From Opitutaceae bacterium (GTDB lineage: Bacteria; Verrucomicrobiota; Verrucomicrobiia; Opitutales; Opitutaceae): a stretch of 64,000 nucleotides of DNA. The notes under the pieces were generated by a model. That model made no database searches. It saw only the letters and a program-made list of their open reading frames with translations, and was not told the DNA's origin. Shown in pieces: positions 57,139 to 64,000 of the stretch (position 1 is the stretch's first letter; the number at the start of each line of letters is the position of its first letter). Made by a program: the position numbers and the translations under genes. The stretch is taken from positions 14,388 to 78,387 of the forward strand of contig DATNHT010000088.1 in NCBI GenBank assembly GCA_035604815.1, in the 5' to 3' direction.

Positions 57139-59991
57139 TCAGGCCTTGGGCGGGATTGGGGCGGCCGACCCCCCCTCGTCGAGGGTGCGGCGAACGACCG
57201 AAAGCAGCGTCTCGGCCTCAAACGGCTTGGCCAGAAACGCCGTCGCGATCTTCTTGTGGCCGTCGGTGATTTGACTGGCTCCGCCGCTCATGGCGATGAC
57301 CGGCAGCGCGGGGTTCAGCCTGCGGACCGTGATGGCCAGCGCCAGACCGCCCACTCTGGGCATCTCCAAGTCGGTGAGAAGGAGGCGCACCTCCGACGCG
57401 CGAGGCACGAATACGGCGATCGCATCCGCTCCATCGCGCGCCGTGATCGCCCGATAGCCGTGGCGGGTGAGGATTCTTGCCCCGATCTCGCACACGGATT
57501 CCTCGTCATCGACCAAGAGGATGAGCTCGCCCTTTCCCCGGTTTTCCTGGTCTCCCTGTTTGTCGGCCTCGTCCGCGGCCGCGCCCTCGACGACCGCTTC
57601 CAAGAAGATCGTGAACGCTGTGCCGCGGCTGCCCTTCACGGAGGGGGAGGTCAGGACGGTCACAAAGCCGTCGTGCTGGCGCACGATGCTGCGTACCGTA
57701 GATAGGCCGAGGCCGGTGCCCCTGCCGTCGCCCTTGGTTGTGAAGAACGGTTCCCATATCCTCTCCAGCGCCTCGGGCGGGATTCCCGTGCCGGTGTCGC
57801 GCACCTCGACAGCGAGGAATGTTCCCGGGCGCGAATTCGGGATTCTCGCGGCCTCGGCGGCGTCGAGCGTTCGGTTTGCCGCGGTGAGCGTGAGATCGCC
57901 GCCCTCCGGCATCGCGTCCCGCGCGTTGATGCACAGGTTCAGGAAAACCTGATGGATTTGCGTCGGGTCGCTCAGCACGGGCCACAGATCGCTGGGCAGG
58001 TGCGAGACGACCCGGATTGACCTTGGGAAGGTGATCTTGGCGAGGTCGATCACCTCCCGCAGCACGTGGCTGACCTGCACCAGCTGCTTCTGCCCGGCCG
58101 TGCCCCGCGCGAAGGAAAGCATCTGGCGGACGAGGGCGGCGCCGCGCGTGGAGGATTTGTCGACCACATCGAGAATGTGCAGCGCGCCGGGGTCGCTCAC
58201 ATGGGACCGCAGCAGCGGGCCGGCCATGAGGATCGGGGCGAGCGCGTTGTTGAAGTCGTGCGCGATGCCGGCCGCCAGCGTGCCAAGGGCCTCCATTTTC
58301 TGCATCTGGTGAAGCTGCTCCTCCAGATTCCTCTGCCTCTGCTCGGCCTGCCGTTGCTCGGTGATGTCCCGTATGGCCGTCATCCTCAGGAGACGGTTGC
58401 CCATGTGCATCATCTTCGCGCGAGCCTCTGCATGGAAGCAGCTGCCGTCCTTTCGCATCAGCTGGTGCACGTAAGCCAACTCGAGCTGGGCGCGCATGTT
58501 TTCGGCCACGATTGGGCGCGATTCCGGGCTGACGTAGTCGAGGGCCTCCCGTCCGATCATTTCGGCCCGCTCGCAGCCGAATAGCCTCAGGCCCTGGTCA
58601 TTTATGTCCACGATCCGGCCGTTGTCGGTGATGACAATTCCCTCAAACGCCGCCGCTGTGAGGTTGCGGAAGCGCTCCTCGCTCTCGCGCAAGGCCTGCT
58701 CGGCCTTTCTTCGTTCCGAGGTGTCCTCAATGATGCCGTCGTAATACAGGGCTCTGCCGTCGGCTCCGCGGATCACGGTGGCGCTTTCGCGCACGAAGAT
58801 CGTTGTTCCATCCTGCCTTGTCCATGCAGCCTCCCAGCCGTTCAACGACCCCTCGCGCTCGATTCTGTCCCTGAAGACCTTTCGAGGGTAGCTCGCCCCG
58901 TGGCTCTCCGCCTCCATGTTACGAGAAGCCATCTCTTCGAACGAGTTGTAGCCGAGTATCCGCAGCAGCGCGGGGTTTGCCATGATGATGCGCCCCTCGG
59001 GCGTTGACCGATAAATGCCCACACCAGCATTCTCTATGAAGCTTCTGAAGCGCAGTTCGTTTGTCCGCAGGGCCTCCTCCGCCCGCTCGCGCTCGGTCAG
59101 ATCGAGGACAAAGGCGGCCATCTCCTCTCCCGGTCCGCACAGCATTGTGCCGGCCTGGAAGACGGGGGCAAGGCTTCCGTCCCGCCGCACATACTTCTTC
59201 TCGTAGGGCGTGCATGTGCCCCTTTCGCGCAACTCCCGGATAGCCTGCTCGTCGGCGTGAAGCCATTCGGGCGGGGTGATGGTCCGCCATTGGATCTTCC
59301 CGAGCTCGAGCTCCTCCCGGGTGTACCCGATCAGGCGCAGGTAATAGTCGTTTGCCTCGATGACGTCGCCCGCGACGCTGGAAATGACGATGCCGACGAT
59401 GTTGGAATCGACAAATTGCCGGAGGCGCTCGTTCGCGAGCCGCAAGTCCTCCTCGGCCCGCTTGCGCTCGGTGATGTCTGCGATCACAGCGACGCGGGCG
59501 GAGCGGCCCGCGTAATTGAGGTCGTGCGATGTCACCACGACCGCAATCGTCGACCCGTCGCGCCGGCGATGGTGCCACTCCCCGACGTTGGCATAGCCGT
59601 TCAGAGTCGGAATCAGCGCCGCAGCCCGGCTTTGCTCCTCCTCAGGGTAGAAATCGGTCAACCGCAGCCCGAGCGTCTCCTCGCGGCTGTAGCCGTAGAG
59701 ACGGATGAAGGCCTCATTCACTGCCAACATCCGCAGCGTGCCGCGCTCGTAGATCGCAATCGGCACCGGGTTGTTCTCAAACAAGAACCTGTAGAACGTC
59801 TCGCCCCGCGCTGCGCCAACCATGCGGAGCAGCCGGCCGGCCTGGTCTCGGACGGCGCGAGCGATCATGCGCAGGCGGCGCAACGGGCTGGACGCCGGAT
59901 GCCTGCGGATGTGCCCCTCGCACCGGTCGCCCGATTGAGGCTTCGAGTTTTCGGCCGCGGGCGGCGCGTCCTGGTTGTCAGGATGGATCAT
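57139..59991 (-). CDS. Cytoplasmic hybrid sensor histidine kinase (4x PAS - HisKA - HATPase_c - REC)
   Basis: Four PAS/PAC repeats each ending in D(I/L)TER(K/E)RAE-like linkers. H-box GIAHDFNN, N/G boxes, and a C-terminal receiver LILLVDDEE...DLEMPRVGG. No TM segment. Confidence 0.9.
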   Translation of the reverse strand: MIHPDNQDAPPAAENSKPQSGDRCEGHIRRHPASSPLRRLRMIARAVRDQAGRLLRMVGAARGETFYRFLFENNPVPIAIYERGTLRMLAVNEAFIRLYGYSREETLGLRLTDFYPEEEQSRAAALIPTLNGYANVGEWHHRRRDGSTIAVVVTSHDLNYAGRSARVAVIADITERKRAEEDLRLANERLRQFVDSNIVGIVISSVAGDVIEANDYYLRLIGYTREELELGKIQWRTITPPEWLHADEQAIRELRERGTCTPYEKKYVRRDGSLAPVFQAGTMLCGPGEEMAAFVLDLTERERAEEALRTNELRFRSFIENAGVGIYRSTPEGRIIMANPALLRILGYNSFEEMASRNMEAESHGASYPRKVFRDRIEREGSLNGWEAAWTRQDGTTIFVRESATVIRGADGRALYYDGIIEDTSERRKAEQALRESEERFRNLTAAAFEGIVITDNGRIVDINDQGLRLFGCERAEMIGREALDYVSPESRPIVAENMRAQLELAYVHQLMRKDGSCFHAEARAKMMHMGNRLLRMTAIRDITEQRQAEQRQRNLEEQLHQMQKMEALGTLAAGIAHDFNNALAPILMAGPLLRSHVSDPGALHILDVVDKSSTRGAALVRQMLSFARGTAGQKQLVQVSHVLREVIDLAKITFPRSIRVVSHLPSDLWPVLSDPTQIHQVFLNLCINARDAMPEGGDLTLTAANRTLDAAEAARIPNSRPGTFLAVEVRDTGTGIPPEALERIWEPFFTTKGDGRGTGLGLSTVRSIVRQHDGFVTVLTSPSVKGSRGTAFTIFLEAVVEGAAADEADKQGDQENRGKGELILLVDDEESVCEIGARILTRHGYRAITARDGADAIAVFVPRASEVRLLLTDLEMPRVGGLALAITVRRLNPALPVIAMSGGASQITDGHKKIATAFLAKPFEAETLLSVVRRTLDEGGSAAPIPPKA

Positions 59992-60081
59992 GGTGAATAT
60001 TTCCGCGCTCCTCCCGGAGGGTCGCGCGCGACGCGGCGGCCTCCTCCGGCATGAGAGCGGGTCGTTGTGTCGTTCCAGCCA

Positions 60082-60546
60082 TCAAGATGAGGCGGGCGCC
60101 GGCAGCGTCCCGGGGAATAGTCGATCGATCACCGCCGGCAGTTCGCGGGGCAGGTCAATCTTCTCGATTATCGCATCGACGTCCGGCTGCGGGCCGGACA
60201 CCGCGAGAAGAGGCGCGAGATTCGAAACGATCACCACCCGAGATCCGGGGCACTGCCGGCGCAACGCATGCGCGGCCTCCAGGCCGTTCAGGCGGGGCAT
60301 GGCAAAGTCGACCAGCACGAGATCGGGGCGCGCCGCGGCGCAGACATAGGCAGCCTGTATCCCATCCGCGGCAACACCAACGATTTCCACGGAGGGTAGT
60401 GTCCGCAGGAGATCGCACAGCGACGTTCGCATGAGGCCGCAGTCGTCGGCGACGACTACCCGTATGCGTCGACGACCAGATGAATCCGGCAGGTTCTTTC
60501 GGACATGCACGCCGCCATCGTCGGCTGCTTCCGGCTCCTTATTCAA
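60082..60546 (-). CDS. Single-domain response regulator (REC only)
   Basis: RVVVADDCGLMR...LVLVDFAMPRLNG...VVIVS. Confidence 0.8.
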   Translation of the reverse strand: MNKEPEAADDGGVHVRKNLPDSSGRRRIRVVVADDCGLMRTSLCDLLRTLPSVEIVGVAADGIQAAYVCAAARPDLVLVDFAMPRLNGLEAAHALRRQCPGSRVVIVSNLAPLLAVSGPQPDVDAIIEKIDLPRELPAVIDRLFPGTLPAPASS

Positions 60547-60646
60547 ACCCGGCGATTCCGTATTCAGACCGGGGAAAACCTGTAGGCGCCCTGGGAGACG
60601 CCTCGGGCGTCCGGGCGGCGCCTCGCGATAGGAAACCGATCCGTCG

Positions 60647-61366
60647 TTACGGCTCGATCAGCTTGTTTCGGACGGCGTAGCGGACGAGCTCGGTGATGGA
60701 ATGAAACCCCATCTTTTGCATCACGTTGTTGCGGTGGGTCTCCGCCGTCTTGACGCTGATCCCAAGCATTGCCGCCACTTCCTTGTTGCTTCGGCCCTCA
60801 GCCAGCAGTTGCACCGTCTCGCGCTCACGCGGCGACAGCCGTCCCGTCTCGTCGGAGGACGACTCCGCCCGCGGTGCGCTGAGAAATCCCTTCAAGACCA
60901 TGCGTGCCACAGTCGACGTGAAATAGGGCTTGTTTCCCAGGAGCGCGTCAATGGCCTTGACCAGTTCGCGCCCGGCATCGGACTTGAGCAGATAGCCTTG
61001 GGCGCCGGCCTCCAGCACCTCGCGGACGATCTGCTCGGACTCGTGAACGCTGAGGATCAACACCCGAGTTTGCGGCGCGGCGGCCAGGATCTGGCGGGTG
61101 GCCTCCAAACCGTTCAACTCCGGCATGGTGACATCGAGCACCACCGCGGCGGGCTTCAAGCTGGCGGCCAGCCTGACCGCCTCCCGGCCATTGGCCGCCT
61201 CGCCCACCACCTTCCAGTCCGTCCTCTCGGCGAGTACCGCGCAAAGGCCGCGCCTCAGTAACTCGTGGTCGTCGGCGATCAGGATGCCCACCTGCTCGGG
61301 GGCCTCCGCCGGCGAATGGATGGCTGGCCCTTCCGAAGGAGCCCCCGGGTCGCCGCCCTTCTTCAT
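60647..61366 (-). CDS. NarL/LuxR-family response regulator (REC + HTH_LuxR)
   Basis: ILIADDHELLR...VVLDVTMPELNG... and LSPRERETVQLLAEGRSNKEVAAMLGISVKTAETHR. Confidence 0.9.
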   Translation of the reverse strand: MKKGGDPGAPSEGPAIHSPAEAPEQVGILIADDHELLRRGLCAVLAERTDWKVVGEAANGREAVRLAASLKPAAVVLDVTMPELNGLEATRQILAAAPQTRVLILSVHESEQIVREVLEAGAQGYLLKSDAGRELVKAIDALLGNKPYFTSTVARMVLKGFLSAPRAESSSDETGRLSPRERETVQLLAEGRSNKEVAAMLGISVKTAETHRNNVMQKMGFHSITELVRYAVRNKLIEP

Positions 61367-63930
61367 GGTGCACCTCCAGGCGGCCGCGAGGCACCCGTGA
61401 CGCGCTGGCGGCTCGGCACGCTGGCCCGCAGCACGGTCCCGGTCGAATCCGATTCAATCTCGAGTTGCCCTCCAAGTTGGCGCAGGCGCTCACGCATCCC
61501 GGCGAGCCCAACGCCGAGGCGGGATCCGCCGTCGCGGGAAAGGGCAAGCGCCGCCGGATGGAAACCCTTGCCGTTGTCCGAAACCGTCAGTAGGACCGCT
61601 CCCGGAGGTTGCTCGAGGCCGACGCGGACCCATGTGCTGCCGGCATGCCGGTGCGCATTGGTCAAAGCTTCCTGCAGGACACGAAAGAGCGAAAGCTCAT
61701 CCTCCGCCGGGAGGCGGACAAATCCGGCCGGCAGCTCGGCCTCGACGGGGATTCCACTGCGGCGGCGGAAGCCGTCCAGCTGCCATTGAATCGCGGAGAC
61801 GAGGCCCATCTCGTCCAGCAGCGGAGGATGGAGGAGGTAGGAGGCGGTGCGGATGCTGTTCGCGCATTGCTTGGTCTGGGCGATGCAGTCTTGGAGCAGC
61901 GCCTGGGCCTTGGCGTCGAGGCCGACGGCGGTGCGGCTGAGCATCGCCATATTGATCTCAAGAACGGCCAGAAGCTGGCCGGTCGAGTCATGCAGGTCGC
62001 GGCCGATCCGGCGCCGTTCCTCGTCCTGCGCCTGCATCAGCTGTCCGGCCAGTTCGTGCAAACTTCGCGTGGACTGCTCGCGTTCCGCGTTCAATATGGC
62101 CTGGGCCATGTGGTCGCCCACCGCGCCTCCAAACGCAATCTCATCCGGCCGCCACTTCTTCAACCTTCCCACGGTTGCGATCCACGCCGCGCCAATTACC
62201 CGACCGCCGACCCGGATCGCCGTCGCCAAGGCAGACCCGGTATTTTCCGCCTGCGGCACATCCCGCAAGAGGGGCGACATGCCGGGGTCAAGTTCGACGT
62301 CATCGAGCACGACGGTCCGACCATTGGTGAGAACGGCCAGAGCCGCGGGATATTTCGAAAGATCGATCGTCGTATCGGCGGTATGCAGGCCAGCAATCCG
62401 ATCATAGCGATCGACACAGTGTATTGTCACGGCGTCCGGCTCAAAGAGCCAGATGCTCGCCCGCTCCGCTCCGGTGACCCGCGTCGCCATCTCAGTGATC
62501 TGTCGGGCCGCGGCCGGGACATCGCCTGCCGTCACGACGGGATCGAGCGAGAACTTAAGCAACGCGTCGGATTGGCTGCGAACGCGCTCCAGCAGCGCAG
62601 CTCGCTCACCCTCCGCCCGCTTCCTCTCGGTGACGTCGTGGACCACCCGCAACACGTGCCCGCAGCGGCCCTGGCCGTCATAGACCGGGATGTCGATGCG
62701 TTCGCTGCTGATCTGTCCTGTGGCCCGCTGCTGGGTCTCCTCCCATCGGACAACCTTTCCGGTCCGTGCCGCCTCGTCCAGATGCTCCCGGCTGGCGGCT
62801 ATCGCTCTCTCGTCAAGCAACAAGACCTTGCGCACCAAGTACTCATAGGATCGGCCCAGCAGCTCCCCGGCCGTAAGGGTTTGACCCACGCGCTGGGATG
62901 CCGTCCGCAGGAAGGCGGGATTGATCATGAGCAGCCGGTAGCCTCCCGCCTCTTCCACCCCATAGAGAGCGAGGGGATCGTACGCGTTTTCAAACACCAG
63001 CGACAGGCGGGCTTGGCTCTCCCGCAGGACGGCCTCCGCCCGCTTGCGCTCCGTTACGTCCAGGACGGCCGTCACCCGCACACGGCGCCCGTCCCAGGTG
63101 ACTGCTTTGGCGCGAACTTCGATGTCGAATACCGTGCCGTCGCGGCGCAGAGCGCGATGCTCATAAGGTTCCTCAATCTCATGTTTGATCCGATCGGCCA
63201 CCACATCTCGCGACTCCGGCGCCACCAGCGAAATGACCTCGCAGCCGACCAGCGAGGCGCGGTCTGTGCGATACATCAGCGCGAACTGGTCGTTCACATC
63301 GACGATGCGCCCGTGCTCGCTGATCACGATTCCCTCGAAGGCGGCTGCGGTCAAAACGCGAAACCGCTCCTCACTCTGCCGCAATCTCCCCTCTGTCTGC
63401 TTGCGCCCTGTGATATCGCGCAGGATGCCCTCGATCCGGCCGTCCGAAAGCCTCTTTGCACTGACCTCGACGGGAAACGTCGACCCATCCTTGCGTCGCA
63501 GGATGCGCTCGAGCACGAGCGCTTTTCCTGCGCGCACCTTATCGAAGTCGACGTTGAAGCGTGCCAACTCCTCCGGGGCAACGAAGTCGCTAAGACGAAG
63601 GCCGGCAATCTCCCCTTGCGCCATGCCGAGCAAAAGTGCCCCGGCCTCGTTGATCTCCAGACAGATTCCTTGCCCGTCGACGACGAGGATTCCGTCCGAG
63701 GCCTGTTCGATGAGTTTGCGGTAACTCTCGACATCACCGGGGCCGGATCCGGCGCCGCGGAAGGAAGGTTGGGAATTTGATGGCACGACCGTATCCTCAC
63801 TTGGCACCTGGCCCGGACGCCACGCCATATCTGCGGGCGAGACACATGACATACCGCCTTGGCGCTCGCAAATACTAAAGCGAAGAGGCTTCTCATTGAA
63901 ACCCCCACGAAGACGGCCCGACCCGTCCAA
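61363..63930 (-). CDS. Cytoplasmic sensor histidine kinase (3x PAS - GAF - HisKA_3 - HATPase_c, NarL-partner type)
   Basis: PAS repeats, a GAF-like region (ASIWLFEPD...), the HisKA_3 H-box RIGRDLHDSTGQ, and HATPase N/G boxes. Its stop overlaps the NarL-type regulator start by 4 nt. Confidence 0.88.
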   Translation of the reverse strand: MDGSGRLRGGFNEKPLRFSICERQGGMSCVSPADMAWRPGQVPSEDTVVPSNSQPSFRGAGSGPGDVESYRKLIEQASDGILVVDGQGICLEINEAGALLLGMAQGEIAGLRLSDFVAPEELARFNVDFDKVRAGKALVLERILRRKDGSTFPVEVSAKRLSDGRIEGILRDITGRKQTEGRLRQSEERFRVLTAAAFEGIVISEHGRIVDVNDQFALMYRTDRASLVGCEVISLVAPESRDVVADRIKHEIEEPYEHRALRRDGTVFDIEVRAKAVTWDGRRVRVTAVLDVTERKRAEAVLRESQARLSLVFENAYDPLALYGVEEAGGYRLLMINPAFLRTASQRVGQTLTAGELLGRSYEYLVRKVLLLDERAIAASREHLDEAARTGKVVRWEETQQRATGQISSERIDIPVYDGQGRCGHVLRVVHDVTERKRAEGERAALLERVRSQSDALLKFSLDPVVTAGDVPAAARQITEMATRVTGAERASIWLFEPDAVTIHCVDRYDRIAGLHTADTTIDLSKYPAALAVLTNGRTVVLDDVELDPGMSPLLRDVPQAENTGSALATAIRVGGRVIGAAWIATVGRLKKWRPDEIAFGGAVGDHMAQAILNAEREQSTRSLHELAGQLMQAQDEERRRIGRDLHDSTGQLLAVLEINMAMLSRTAVGLDAKAQALLQDCIAQTKQCANSIRTASYLLHPPLLDEMGLVSAIQWQLDGFRRRSGIPVEAELPAGFVRLPAEDELSLFRVLQEALTNAHRHAGSTWVRVGLEQPPGAVLLTVSDNGKGFHPAALALSRDGGSRLGVGLAGMRERLRQLGGQLEIESDSTGTVLRASVPSRQRVTGASRPPGGAP

Positions 63931-64000
63931 ACTGCAAAGCCCAACTTCCTGGCCGGATGCGGCTAACGGCTCTGACGAAAAGTGTGGCGGATTCCGATGA

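Overview
GC-rich bacterial chromosomal segment (roughly two-thirds G+C by eye, not computed). It is densely coded, with many 4-nt ATGA start/stop overlaps and few Shine-Dalgarno motifs. I found no rRNA, tRNA, CRISPR array, transposase or integrase. Gene content suggests an anaerobic or facultative polysaccharide-degrading, H2-producing bacterium; a Verrucomicrobiota/Opitutae-like lineage is only a guess. Left to right, the window contains: a class III nucleotide cyclase (5' end off-window), PhzF, DUF3300 and an acyltransferase-3/DUF5009 membrane protein; a RidA + degenerate creatininase + canonical creatininase trio; GH26, an MFS transporter and a DUF2298 membrane protein; CbpA, class I aldolase, a histidine phosphatase, Gpt, a dienelactone-hydrolase-like protein and PPK2. 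The most unusual locus is an ~11 kb minus-strand operon (16.6-27.9 kb) with a divergent AraC regulator. It combines a methanol-type corrinoid methyltransferase set (MtaB, MtaC, MtaA-like URO-D, RACE-type reductive activator, mini CobW/COG0523-like P-loop) with DUF1638, a three-domain di-iron desaturase/hydroxylase-Rieske-FNR fusion, a sugar-porter MFS transporter and a second long URO-D-family enzyme. Downstream are pseudouridine kinase/glycosidase, a full [NiFe]-hydrogenase maturation set (hypE on one strand; usp-hupE-hypABFCD on the other), PFOR (nifJ) translationally coupled to a DHOD-like flavoprotein and adk, and a complete bidirectional NAD-linked hydrogenase operon hoxEFUYH-hoxW. The right end holds a CoA-transferase, a Cu-type P1B ATPase, GH97, two small orphan proteins and a four-gene cytoplasmic PAS-rich phosphorelay. 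All calls come from reading the translated ORFs and motifs from memory; no database search was run.
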